Virus record (IMG/VR): IMGVR_UViG_3300005458_000015 | Coordinates: 18,163 to 82,162 of that record | Length of the DNA: 64,000 nt | Source of the DNA: a virus | Lineage: Duplodnaviria > Caudoviricetes | Strand: one strand, 5' to 3' | Part shown: positions 9,980 to 18,154 of the stretch, in pieces | Layout of the letters: each line of letters starts with the position of its first letter | How positions within the stretch are numbered: position 1 is the stretch's first letter | Made by a program: the position numbers and the translations under genes | Notes under the pieces: model-generated | The model's database searches: none | Told to the model about the DNA's origin: nothing | What the model saw: only the letters and a program-made list of their open reading frames with translations

Positions 9980-10362
9980 TACGACAGCGTCTTCGTGTAG
10001 GAGCCGGACGCAATGGTGAAGGTGTCACCAGCGTTGGTGGTCTTGTTCGCGGTCAATGACCCGAACCAGCGCCTGACCGGAGTGCCTGCCGAGTCAAATT
10101 CGTCTACTCCCACGATGGTGGCAGCAGGCATGTTGGTGTAGGTCAGAGCCACATTGGACGAGATCGAGCCTGCTGAGGCAGCAGCACAGGTCAAGGTCTG
10201 ACGTGCATATGACCCACCAGTTGCTTCAGTCCCAGCAGCAGAGGCTGTGCCGATCACTGTCACCAACGCCACCTTGATAGGCGTGGTTGGGTTGGTGTAG
10301 GTCGCTTGTCCCGACGAGGCGTTGAGCAGCGCATTGGCCTCAACGGTCACCAAGTTAGCCAT
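9979..10362 (-). CDS. Minor tail protein (GGSYAR family, paralog 1)
   Basis: NALLN...IKVAL...GTEATGGSYARQ...GDTFTI; clearly similar to 59606-59986. Confidence 0.75.
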   Translation of the reverse strand: MANLVTVEANALLNASSGQATYTNPTTPIKVALVTVIGTASAAGTEATGGSYARQTLTCAAASAGSISSNVALTYTNMPAATIVGVDEFDSAGTPVRRWFGSLTANKTTNAGDTFTIASGSYTKTLS

Positions 10363-10759
10363 TCAACTCACCTCTCGCATGGGCAGCGTGCAACTGGTCT
10401 GCCTCATCAGCGTCAACAACGTCATAACCAGCCTGTTGAGCAGCACCTTCACGAGCCGCTCTGGCGTCTTCCTTGCTCAAGGCCCGTCGCAGCACGCCAC
10501 GCTCATCTGCCTCGAACTCACCCGGTTCCAATGTGACCAGGTGTTCAGGCACATCTACAGCGTCTACGGTCTCCTGGCAGTGCTCACACCCCATGTCGGC
10601 GTGGCACTGGAAGTGGTAGGACTCGTCAACCGGGTAGTTGACCTCAACCTCTTGGCCTGACGCAAGAACAGCATTCCTGCGCTCCATCCTGAAGCCAGAC
10701 ACGAAGTGGTGCGGTGCCTCATCTTCTTGATGGCACTTGGCACATGCACGCAAAACCAT
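10355..10759 (-). CDS. Hypothetical protein with Cys/His motifs
   Basis: CAKC..DEAPHH...YHFQCHADMGCEHC. Confidence 0.65.
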   Translation of the reverse strand: MVLRACAKCHQEDEAPHHFVSGFRMERRNAVLASGQEVEVNYPVDESYHFQCHADMGCEHCQETVDAVDVPEHLVTLEPGEFEADERGVLRRALSKEDARAAREGAAQQAGYDVVDADEADQLHAAHARGELNG

Positions 10760-10767
10760 ATCGGCTC

Positions 10768-10977
10768 CTACGATGTGTCGGCCCAGACAAGGCCAACATA
10801 CGGGCTAGGGGGTGGTGTCGGTCCTACAAACAGGTTCTGTGGCCCAGGTGGTCCTTGTCCTGCTGGTGCGCTTACCACTGTCGTTACCGACTCTCGCACC
10901 AAAGCAATGGGCACGTCTGGGACTGTGGTGACCAAGATCGTGTCCTGGTCAACGACAGTGAGGTTGTAGGTAGGCAT
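10768..10977 (-). CDS. Small virion protein with collagen-like GPPGP motif
   Basis: GQGPPGPQNLFVGPTPP...VWADT, typical of phage tail accessory proteins. Confidence 0.6.
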   Translation of the reverse strand: MPTYNLTVVDQDTILVTTVPDVPIALVRESVTTVVSAPAGQGPPGPQNLFVGPTPPPSPYVGLVWADTS

Positions 10978-11336
10978 CAGGCCACCGTCACCTGCGGATC
11001 GATGGTGACAGAGCCTTCAAGGATGCGATCACGGTCGCCATTGGGCATGGTGATGTAGAGGTCGTAGAGCGCATTGGACACCGTCAACGGTGCAGTCAGC
11101 GTCTCATCAATGAGAATCTCGATAGTGCCAGCAGGTCCACCAAGAGTGATACCACTTGTGTCATCGATATCAATCAATGGTGAACCAGTATCGGTATTGG
11201 CGTGTTGTGTCCTGATCTGCATATGCGCATGAGCGCCAGTGAGATCGATGGGAGCGCTGGCGTTGTCTGTCCAGGTGATGGTCAGCCGAAAGGTTGCTCC
11301 TTGCTCAAGGGCAAGGTTGTACTGCGCGGCTGGCAT
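10977..11336 (-). CDS. Virion structural protein (baseplate-upper N-terminal-like Ig fold)
   Basis: EQGATF.LTITW....PIDLTG..A.MQIR...G.IEI.I....T..L.....YDL.I......RILEG.VTI. Confidence 0.65.
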   Translation of the reverse strand: MPAAQYNLALEQGATFRLTITWTDNASAPIDLTGAHAHMQIRTQHANTDTGSPLIDIDDTSGITLGGPAGTIEILIDETLTAPLTVSNALYDLYITMPNGDRDRILEGSVTIDPQVTVA

Positions 11337-11373
11337 GGGCTAATCCTGCCGTAGAAACCAGTGCTTGTCCCAC

Positions 11374-12150
11374 TCAGCCATGAGCGGCGAGGAACTTGAC
11401 CATCTGGGAAGTGCCATCAGTGTTGGTAAGAGCAGCAGTCCCTGCCATTGCAGCGTCTGAATGACCTGCTGTGGTGTCACACACGGCTGTGGTAGCCCCG
11501 ACAAGGCCTGCAAAGTGGGTCACTGTGCTCGGCAACACGATCGTGTCCACGGTGGAGTAACAGAGCAGAATGGGACCGGAGGTGGCAATCACTGCGGCCA
11601 CAGCGGGATCTGAGGGGTTGGAGTTGGCTGGCAACGGCACTGTGGACGAGGTTGAGCCTGCTGCTAGCCCCCAAGCCGTGTTGATGTTGGCCTGAGTGTT
11701 GCCACCACGGTTGTTGTCCCGAATGTCGTTGAGATCGTTTGCGGGGATTGACCCCACCATTGCAGCGACTCGGGTGGGATGTGCAGCCATATACATCAAA
11801 CCGTCAAATGCACCCATAGACGCACCGATGTAAAGGATCTTGTCGGTAGCACAGCCCAATGTGCCTGCGAACACCCGAATGGTGTCGATGTCAGCGACGG
11901 ACTCGGTGTGTCCCCAGTTCGGGCCATCAAGATCAGTAGCAATGACGACAAACCCTGCCTGAGCCATTGCTGCACCCAGAGCCATTTGGCCAGTGAGGTT
12001 GGGATTGACCCAGTCCGACGTGTGCTGCAACTGCCCATGACCTAGCACCACGACTCGCTTGCCTGCATAGTTGCAGCGCGGAATCATGATCAAGTCGTTC
12101 TGGCCAGCAGTGATCCTGCCCAGGCCATACGAGATGCTGTAAGGGATCAC
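11374..12150 (-). CDS. Alpha/beta hydrolase (esterase/lipase family)
   Basis: VVVLGHG, nucleophile elbow YIGASMG, YSTVDTIV Asp, AGHSD His; start re-set to GTG 12150 (GTGA overlap). Confidence 0.75.
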   Translation of the reverse strand: MIPYSISYGLGRITAGQNDLIMIPRCNYAGKRVVVLGHGQLQHTSDWVNPNLTGQMALGAAMAQAGFVVIATDLDGPNWGHTESVADIDTIRVFAGTLGCATDKILYIGASMGAFDGLMYMAAHPTRVAAMVGSIPANDLNDIRDNNRGGNTQANINTAWGLAAGSTSSTVPLPANSNPSDPAVAAVIATSGPILLCYSTVDTIVLPSTVTHFAGLVGATTAVCDTTAGHSDAAMAGTAALTNTDGTSQMVKFLAAHG

Positions 12151-12788
12151 AGGACGTACGACCGCATCCATGTCGGGAACGAAGCCGAGTTGAGCACGTT
12201 GACCGACCCAGCCACTGTCACCTGTGCAGTGATCTTGAAAGTCGTTGCTCCGGCCAGCACTCCAGCCCGATAAGCCTGGCTGGTTGGCATGATGACGGTC
12301 TTCACACCGGCTGAGATGGTGTTGGGCAACCTGATCGAATGCTGCATCACTGCACCACCACCGGCTGTGACGTTCATCAGGTTGAGTGAGAAAACTCCAT
12401 CTCCAACTACTGACTGCTGGAATGTGCAAGCACAGTCGATGTAAACAGGCCGTGATGTAGGCCCAATGGTAAATGTCACACCAGGAACATCGGCGGTAGA
12501 AGTACCACCAAAGGCAAGTGCTGTAGCAGTGCCTGTGGTGTTGGCGACGTAGACCAGTTCGCTTGCACCCGAAGGTGGCACAGCCACCCATGCGCCTTGA
12601 GCAGCGTTGTAGACAACCGTGTAGCCATCAGTGGGAGTGGACGGGAAGCCCGCTGAGACGGTGATCCAGCCCATCCTGATCATGGTGGAGATGGTGTTGC
12701 TGCTCCAACCAGTGGTGGTGACAGTGTCACCGGCGTTGTAAAGCACACCGCCCAGCGTGAGGGGGCGAGCAGCAACGTATTTGGCCAT
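12147..12788 (-). CDS. Putative virion/minor tail protein
   Basis: 213 aa, T/G/A/V-rich; first gene of the tail-accessory run. Confidence 0.6.
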   Translation of the reverse strand: MAKYVAARPLTLGGVLYNAGDTVTTTGWSSNTISTMIRMGWITVSAGFPSTPTDGYTVVYNAAQGAWVAVPPSGASELVYVANTTGTATALAFGGTSTADVPGVTFTIGPTSRPVYIDCACTFQQSVVGDGVFSLNLMNVTAGGGAVMQHSIRLPNTISAGVKTVIMPTSQAYRAGVLAGATTFKITAQVTVAGSVNVLNSASFPTWMRSYVL

Positions 12789-12791
12789 GAC

Positions 12792-13010
12792 CTAATCCTG
12801 ACTGGAGCCGTTGCTGTTGTCCTCAGCCCTCGTGCCTTGCCAAGCCGCGAAGTGTGACCCCATCAGTGCATAGACGCTGAGTAGCACCAAGTAGGGCAAT
12901 GAGTTTTTCAGACTAGTCAGAACCGATATCGGGATCATTACTCCCCAAAACACCGTCAACCAGCCGTGCAATCGCTTGTAGAAGCGCACCGTTGGCTTCG
13001 GGCGCTTCAC
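12792..13010 (-). CDS. Small two-TM membrane protein (holin-like)
   Basis: 72 aa; LHGWLTVFWGVMIPISVL and LPYLVLLSVYALMGSHFAAW. Confidence 0.65.
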   Translation of the reverse strand: MKRPKPTVRFYKRLHGWLTVFWGVMIPISVLTSLKNSLPYLVLLSVYALMGSHFAAWQGTRAEDNSNGSSQD

Positions 13011-13948
13011 TTCCAGCCTTTGCCCTCAGCCCAATGAGTAGCCTCACCGAAGAACTTCTTGATCGATTCCCACATAGCACGATCAACGTCGTCAGGAGTA
13101 GGAGTTGGCTGAGGCTGTGGCGGTTGGGGGCTGGGTGGCGTTGGCTTGTCTGGGCTTGGTGGTGCTGGTGGTGTTGGCGTTGGTGCTGGAGGGGTGGGTG
13201 TTGGTGCTGGTTGGTTTAGTGGCACGAAGACGGTCACGTCACCTTGCTCGCCAAGAAGCCGAGTCACATCGCCGTACGACATAAAGAAGTGACCTTGCAC
13301 ACCCCAACCAGGCCCCCATGAGTTGACGAACTCGATCAACTTCGAGTCAACATCAACACCAATGGCCTCAAACTCATGACCACCACGCACTGAAGCGTTG
13401 GGCGAGATCGTGACCAGTCCATTTCTGTCCGGAGCGTCCATCGAGTCGTACCAATTGACCCCGATGATGCATGGAGTGACCTGAAGTGCCTTGAGGAAGG
13501 CTGTGAGGCTGAAGCAGTGCTGATAGCCGGAGATGTAGCCAGCCTTCTGGCACACCTTCGCCACAGCCAGTCCGCTACTGCCACGGTCGTTTGTAGGCCA
13601 TGGGGCTCCGAAACCATCAATCTGTGTGGCTGCGGAGTAGATCGTGAGCGCTTCGTTCTCATCAAGCACCAGACCCGTTGCAGCCACATGGAAAGGATCG
13701 GTGCCCATATTTCCCGTAGCGGCGTTGCCTGTGCATGAGCCAGTACCATCGTAAGTTTTACCCCGAAAGGTGATGGTAAGGTCCTGGTCCAGAACTGGAC
13801 TCTTACGTTCGTGCCGTGCTGAGGCAATAGTCGTAACAGCATCAACCGTGAAGGGGTATTGGCGCGACTGATCGTCGTGATGCAAATTACGACCCAGGTT
13901 GCCGCCGTCACCTTGATTCCACGGGATAAGTTCCTGCACCACCGCCAT
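13007..13948 (-). CDS. Papain-like (C1) cysteine peptidase with Pro-rich tail
   Basis: VLDQ...GSCTGNA (Cys), GGHEFEAIG (His), FVNSWGPGWG (Asn); PT/PP linker before a short C-terminal helix. Confidence 0.8.
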   Translation of the reverse strand: MAVVQELIPWNQGDGGNLGRNLHHDDQSRQYPFTVDAVTTIASARHERKSPVLDQDLTITFRGKTYDGTGSCTGNAATGNMGTDPFHVAATGLVLDENEALTIYSAATQIDGFGAPWPTNDRGSSGLAVAKVCQKAGYISGYQHCFSLTAFLKALQVTPCIIGVNWYDSMDAPDRNGLVTISPNASVRGGHEFEAIGVDVDSKLIEFVNSWGPGWGVQGHFFMSYGDVTRLLGEQGDVTVFVPLNQPAPTPTPPAPTPTPPAPPSPDKPTPPSPQPPQPQPTPTPDDVDRAMWESIKKFFGEATHWAEGKGWK

Positions 13949-14416
13949 GTCTTCACTGTCCTCTTCCGGTTACGGTGTTGTCGCGCTCTCAGCCAATTGT
14001 TGTAGTCATCCCGAGCCTGCTGGCAGATGCCTTTCGGCCAAGTGCACAGTGGTGCAAAGACGCAGTGCTTAAGACAACTGTTGCTCTGTCCCCTGGTTGG
14101 CGTGTAGAGATTCGCAATCCCTGGCAAGTATCTCTACCACAAACTTCTTGCCACAGACTGAGCACTGGTTTCTTGCAGCCATGCGATCCAGATGCAGTCG
14201 TTGATCCATGCCAACCACACCTTATCCATCACTCATCATCCCCTTTAATGTGGGCACGTTCTCTCATAGCAGGCGTCACAGAACTTCCAGGTATTTCGTT
14301 CATTGCGTCCAGCATGAGACCAAACCATAGTTTCACACCAAGGCGCGTCATCAGCCTTAGATCCGACGTATCGGCAAGCGCACGGTGTATCCCGTTGCGC
14401 ATAGGATTGGCTAAGG

Positions 14417-14836
14417 TCAACTGCCATCCGCGAGTCGCCATGTCTCGCACTGTGGAGGCTTGGGATCTCCAGAGCGCCACACAATCGGTGGCACGTCCTT
14501 GCACACGACACACTGGATCTCCCACAGACCATCAGGTGCTTCAACCATCTTGCCTGTGTTGTCCCTTGTCCATTGGACAGGTGTGGCATCGAGCCTGTGA
14601 ATGGCCTTGATCTTCTCTAGCCGATCTTGAAGCGCGTTGATCGTCTCACTAATGGTTGGTGATTCCATCGATGAGATGTTGCCTGGCACCTCTTCATACT
14701 CATTCACGCCCTTGATCAAATGCACGCCTTCATGATTAAGACGCTGCTCAAGGTGTTGAAGGCGTTCTCTCAGATCAGCGGTGTCATCAGCGATGATGCG
14801 CTTGATCATCTCGATCACTGCGGTTGGCTCAGCCAT
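14417..14836 (-). CDS. Hypothetical protein
   Basis: 139 aa, coupled start, coiled coil plus CVVC..C. Confidence 0.65.
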   Translation of the reverse strand: MAEPTAVIEMIKRIIADDTADLRERLQHLEQRLNHEGVHLIKGVNEYEEVPGNISSMESPTISETINALQDRLEKIKAIHRLDATPVQWTRDNTGKMVEAPDGLWEIQCVVCKDVPPIVWRSGDPKPPQCETWRLADGS

Positions 14837-15015
14837 CAGTCAAGGCTCCAGTCACTGCACACCAAACGGTGATGGGTGGAGACGTCATAAACACGGCAGT
14901 GACCGAGTGGGAAGATACGATCTGTTCCCCAAAAGTCACAGTTCCCGCAACTTGGGATGACTTTGTACTTCTCAACCTGACGCTGGGCAGCAGGAGTGAG
15001 CGTCACATAGGTCAT
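14836..15015 (-). CDS. Small Cys-rich hypothetical protein (59 aa)
   Basis: Read manually: MTYVTLTPAAQRQVEKYKVIPSCGNCDFW...GHCRVY...VCSDW; ATGA overlap. Confidence 0.6.
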   Translation of the reverse strand: MTYVTLTPAAQRQVEKYKVIPSCGNCDFWGTDRIFPLGHCRVYDVSTHHRLVCSDWSLD

Positions 15016-15326
15016 GTGCCGACCTTCTCATCCGTCCCATCCCAAACGAACTCACCATGCTCACCAACAGGACGATGCATATGACAATGCACGCAATAGG
15101 TCGCACCATAAAACTTTGGATCACGAGCATAGGTCTCAGCCAATGCTCTGCCCATCGTTGTCACTGAGCCGCAAGTCAGGTGCTTATAAGCCGACCTCAG
15201 TGGCCGAACGAATCCCTTCTTGCGCTCTTCCTCGCTCAGCACGAGGTAGGTGCTGGCCATCTCTACCGGCTCTTCGTCCACACCACGCCTGAGTTCAGGG
15301 TGGTTGGGATCACTGGTTAGGCCCAT
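15012..15326 (-). CDS. Conserved-looking phage zinc-binding protein
   Basis: LSEEERKKGFVRP.R..Y.H..CG..T.MG..LAETYARDP.FYGATYC..C..H.PVG..GEFVW. Confidence 0.7.
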   Translation of the reverse strand: MGLTSDPNHPELRRGVDEEPVEMASTYLVLSEEERKKGFVRPLRSAYKHLTCGSVTTMGRALAETYARDPKFYGATYCVHCHMHRPVGEHGEFVWDGTDEKVGT

Positions 15327-15634
15327 CAGAATGGCGGATAGTCGTCAGTAGTAGGTGCAGGTTGATGTGGATCAATAGCCGCTACATCGATGGGCACTGA
15401 CACCATCTCGCTCGGCACTGTGATCACCGCTTCAGGTGCAAGCGGCATGAAGGCAGCATCAGGGATGTCGAGGGTCAACTTGACCACTATAGAGCCTGAG
15501 CGTCCTTTGGCCTGTGTAGGCCGTGACTGGGTGACCGACTTGGCTTTGATCCCAGTCAACTTGTCCTTGTCCCAGTTGTAGCGCCCAAACGTGGGCTCAA
15601 TCTGGACATAGAACGTCGTTTTCGCCATCCCCAT
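15326..15634 (-). CDS. Hypothetical protein
   Basis: 102 aa, coupled, plausible composition. Confidence 0.65.
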   Translation of the reverse strand: MGMAKTTFYVQIEPTFGRYNWDKDKLTGIKAKSVTQSRPTQAKGRSGSIVVKLTLDIPDAAFMPLAPEAVITVPSEMVSVPIDVAAIDPHQPAPTTDDYPPF

Positions 15635-15705
15635 GACCCTCCGTAAGCGGGCTTTGGTCTAAGCCCCTGATTTTTGGAAGAATGATCTTGTTAGATCACT
15701 CTCTG

Positions 15706-15789
15706 TTACCGCCAACCGCCTCGTACGATCCAGATCACGAGAGCAAGAATGGCCAGAATGACCAGGACGGTGATGAGCGTGGCTTCCAT
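15706..15789 (-). CDS. Small membrane peptide (27 aa)
   Basis: AAGGAG RBS; MEATLITVLVILAILALVIWIVRGGWR. Confidence 0.6.
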   Translation of the reverse strand: MEATLITVLVILAILALVIWIVRGGWR

Positions 15790-15798
15790 GACTGCTCC

Positions 15799-15978
15799 TT
15801 AGTCGATGTAACGGTCCCAACCCATTGCCTTGAACATTCCCCGCTCAGCCTCGTTGTAGGCCTTCTGAGCAGCCTTCCAACGCAAGTAGACCTCTTCGGG
15901 GATCTCAAAGTCCTCACCCAACTGTTGGGTCTCAATGAGCCATGGCCAACGCTCATCCGAGGTCAATCGGACAATCAT
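15799..15978 (-). CDS. Hypothetical protein (59 aa)
   Basis: Read manually: MIVRLTSDERWPWLIETQQLGEDFEIPEEVYLRWK; ATGA overlap. Confidence 0.6.
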   Translation of the reverse strand: MIVRLTSDERWPWLIETQQLGEDFEIPEEVYLRWKAAQKAYNEAERGMFKAMGWDRYID

Positions 15979-16481
15979 GCTGGCTTGGCTTCTATCGTCT
16001 TGGGCAATTTGGAAGCCTCACGCACGCGCCTGAGGCCTGCAATGAAGTCTTCTGTGCTCCCACCGATGAACACCGCTGTGTTGTTGGTGGTGGCTGAGAC
16101 GTCCTGTTGTGCCTTCTTCTCCGTGCCTGTCAGGCGCATTCTCAGCGTCATGATGGCCAAGATGGTCTGCATCGCCTTGTAGCGATCCTTGGTGTCATCC
16201 TGGATGTCCTTCCAGCAGATCAACTGGAGCATGTCCAAGCGCTCACACTCAAGGTCAACGATGTCATCGAGAGTCTCGGTGTCGATCTTCTTTCTCGACT
16301 TCCTCACTACCGTCTGAGCACTCTGAGCGCTTGAGTAGCCGAGAGAGGCAGCAACCTCTTCCCAACTTGCCCCAGCCATGCGAAGTTGCTGGGCATACCA
16401 CCAACGAGGTCGATAGACAGGATCTTCGTCCGCGTAAGGGTCTGGCAGTTGGAACGGGTTGTGAATCTCCATCTCGGTCAT
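15975..16481 (-). CDS. HTH DNA-binding protein, candidate terminase small subunit
   Basis: QLRMAGASWEEVAASLGYSS HTH followed by LECERLDMLQ..W...ILAIMTLRMRLTG, a pattern seen in actinophage TerS-like proteins; start at MTEME (ATGA overlap). Confidence 0.55.
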   Translation of the reverse strand: MTEMEIHNPFQLPDPYADEDPVYRPRWWYAQQLRMAGASWEEVAASLGYSSAQSAQTVVRKSRKKIDTETLDDIVDLECERLDMLQLICWKDIQDDTKDRYKAMQTILAIMTLRMRLTGTEKKAQQDVSATTNNTAVFIGGSTEDFIAGLRRVREASKLPKTIEAKPA

Positions 16482-16660
16482 AGCGACCTGATCATCCTTT
16501 CGTACGCCCGCACACGCCTCAATGCCTTCTGTTGTACCCGCTTGCGCAGTCGTTCGCATTCATCGCAGTAGGTTCGCAGCGGTGAGGTTCTAACGCTCTC
16601 ACCTGGGCTTTTGGGTGCCTTGAAGTTCTCTCCACACCTTGGACACACCCGTTTGATCAC
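16478..16660 (-). CDS. Small zinc-finger protein
   Basis: CPRCG...YCDEC plus basic tail. Confidence 0.6.
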   Translation of the reverse strand: MIKRVCPRCGENFKAPKSPGESVRTSPLRTYCDECERLRKRVQQKALRRVRAYERMIRSL

Positions 16661-16863
16661 TGCTCCTCCACAACAGCCATGTCCCTGAGCCCATCACATG
16701 AGTTACACACAGGCTGTGGACGTTGATAAACGCCGTTTCCCAGATAGATCGCCAGCACGCTCTTGATCTTGTCGTGCTGCGAACAACTCTCATTGGTGCA
16801 TTTGACCAAGATCCTCACGACCCAAGAAAACCACTGTGGTTGACCTTTGTCCAGACGACACAC
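16657..16863 (-). CDS. Small zinc-ribbon protein
   Basis: KCTNESC...VCNSC; start uncertain (possibly GTG 16818). Confidence 0.55.
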   Translation of the reverse strand: MCRLDKGQPQWFSWVVRILVKCTNESCSQHDKIKSVLAIYLGNGVYQRPQPVCNSCDGLRDMAVVEEQ

Positions 16864-16882
16864 TGGTTTCTAGGCTCCACAG

Positions 16883-16918
16883 TTGTATTCTCTACCATAC
16901 ACTGCTACACTTGATGCA
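16883..16918 (+). promoter_or_regulatory. Sigma70-type promoter of a leaderless transcript
   Basis: TTGTAT-17 nt-TACACT with extended TGn; predicted +1 falls on the A of ATG 16918. Confidence 0.65.
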
Positions 16919-17178
16919 TGGACGACTACCAGCCCTTATGGGCAGAACCCATCATCAGCACTGCTGACATGGTTGCCGAGGGTGATCGTCTTCTCTGTCC
17001 CGTCGTGGATTACAGCGCCCAAACGGACTACTACGAAGTGTTGAAGCGTGAGTCGCTCAACGGCGCACTCATCTTCACCATCGAAGAGGTCCTCAGCGTT
17101 TTCCCACTGACCAAGGCCAACAGAAAGATCATCAAGCATCCAACTGACAGCGTTGCCTACCAGAAGAGATTGGAGTAA
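16918..17178 (+). CDS. Hypothetical protein (leaderless)
   Basis: 86 aa between a promoter and a terminator. Confidence 0.7.
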   Translation: MDDYQPLWAEPIISTADMVAEGDRLLCPVVDYSAQTDYYEVLKRESLNGALIFTIEEVLSVFPLTKANRKIIKHPTDSVAYQKRLE

Positions 17179-17193
17179 GTCCATGAAGCATTG

Positions 17194-17226
17194 GCCCCGT
17201 CATAATGACGGGGCTTCTTGCTTTTA
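17194..17226 (+). terminator. Intrinsic terminator
   Basis: GCCCCGTCA-TAA-TGACGGGGC then T-rich tract. Confidence 0.75.
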
Positions 17227-17253
17227 TGGCTTCTTTATGCTACATTTGATGCA
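17218..17253 (+). promoter_or_regulatory. Sigma70-type promoter
   Basis: TTGCTT-17 nt-TACATT within TGCTACATTTGATGCA. Confidence 0.55.
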
Positions 17254-17287
17254 TGACAGGTGGGGAAGCCTGTCCAGAAAGGAAGAG

Positions 17288-17482
17288 ATGACACAGGATC
17301 AGAAGATCAAGACAGCACTCGAAGAACTCAAGGTCTCTGTGGGGAACTTGAAGCGCCTGACCAAGGAGAAGCCTGAGATGGTCATGTCTCATGTGGAAGT
17401 CCGAGGATGGGTCTTCGCCTCCCAGATCCACCTAGAGAACCTCGAAATTCTGCTCCACGACCTTCAACCCACACTCTTCTAG
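17288..17482 (+). CDS. Hypothetical protein (64 aa)
   Basis: MTQDQKIKTALEELK...; purine-rich RBS; followed by a hairpin. Confidence 0.65.
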   Translation: MTQDQKIKTALEELKVSVGNLKRLTKEKPEMVMSHVEVRGWVFASQIHLENLEILLHDLQPTLF

Positions 17483-17534
17483 GCGAAAGGGGCCATCATA
17501 CTGTTTCAGCAGTGTGTTGGTCCTTTTCGCTTTC
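17483..17534 (+). terminator. Intrinsic terminator
   Basis: GCGAAAGGGGCCA / TGGTCCTTTTCGC 13-bp stem then TTT. Confidence 0.6.
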
Positions 17535-17540
17535 GGTTAT

Positions 17541-17569
17541 TTGTGATATGGGTTTCAATAGCGTATAAT
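17541..17569 (+). promoter_or_regulatory. Sigma70-type promoter
   Basis: TTGTGA-17 nt-TATAAT, immediately followed by the perfect palindrome GATCTTCATGAAGATC. Confidence 0.65.
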
Positions 17570-17575
17570 GATCTT

Positions 17576-17712
17576 CATGAAGATCCACATTCTTCGGACT
17601 CAACCACTCGCAGAGAGATCACAGGGCCTCTCTTCTGGTGAGTTCCGGGTGAGTGGACTCCTCATCGGCAAGGCCCCTGGACTCTTCTCCGGTTCAGGGG
17701 CCTTCGTCGTTT
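17576..17712 (+). ncRNA. Candidate small rod-shaped RNA
   Basis: Promoter, imperfect long hairpin 17586-17657 and terminator AAGGCCCCTG/CAGGGGCCTT (17670-17704); no credible ORF ends before the terminator. Confidence 0.45.
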
Positions 17713-17779
17713 CTTGCCATATCTATGGTATCCGTGATAAGGTTTTAGGTGTCATAGCACCGAGAGTTAGGAGCAAAGC

Positions 17780-18058
17780 ATGTCCGTCGCCGTTGCGGAG
17801 GCCAAGAACCTCCAGTCAAACGACACGAACACCGGCTGGATCACACAACCAGTGCATGGCAACAGCAAGCGCCAGTGTCAGATCAGGCGCAACCGGCAGG
17901 CCTGTGGCAATCGCGCCACGCATGTGACTACTTCGTCCAAGGCCGGTAAGCGGGAGCGCTACACCCAGAGTGGTGTGCTCCCGATCTACCACTGCGACGA
18001 CCCGCGTCACAGCGCCAACGCGCACAAGCAGGTCACCGAGTTGAACAACACGTTCTGA
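17780..18058 (+). CDS. Hypothetical protein with Cys/His motifs
   Basis: 92 aa; AGGAG RBS; C..C..H...HC..H; own terminator. Confidence 0.65.
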   Translation: MSVAVAEAKNLQSNDTNTGWITQPVHGNSKRQCQIRRNRQACGNRATHVTTSSKAGKRERYTQSGVLPIYHCDDPRHSANAHKQVTELNNTF

Positions 18059-18065
18059 CTGGCGT

Positions 18066-18098
18066 AGAGGCCCTCGTATTGCGGGGGCCTCTTGCTTT
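18066..18098 (+). terminator. Intrinsic terminator
   Basis: AGAGGCCCTCG-TATTG-CGGGGGCCTCT then TGCTTT. Confidence 0.7.
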
Positions 18099-18154
18099 AT
18101 GGTAGAATGATCCCGCTGGGCCGTTCTACCCCCGTGGGCCGGTCCAGCACAAAG

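Noticed and set aside
11374-12591. 405-aa version of the hydrolase ORF
   Set aside because: The N-terminal 147 codons overlap the 12147-12788 gene; a GTGA-coupled start at 12150 fits better.
13090-13215. Low-complexity GT/GGT-rich tract as a DNA repeat element
   Set aside because: It is explained by the Pro/Thr linker codons of the cysteine peptidase.
13960-14420. Possible small genes between the peptidase and 14417 (e.g. MDQRLHLDRMAARNQCSVCGKKF...)
   Set aside because: Several overlapping short frames are equally plausible, and none could be chosen with confidence.
15684-15697. GATCTTGTTAGATC palindrome as a second copy of the 17570 operator
   Set aside because: The spacing is different (14 vs 16 bp) and the inverted repeat is short; it may be chance.
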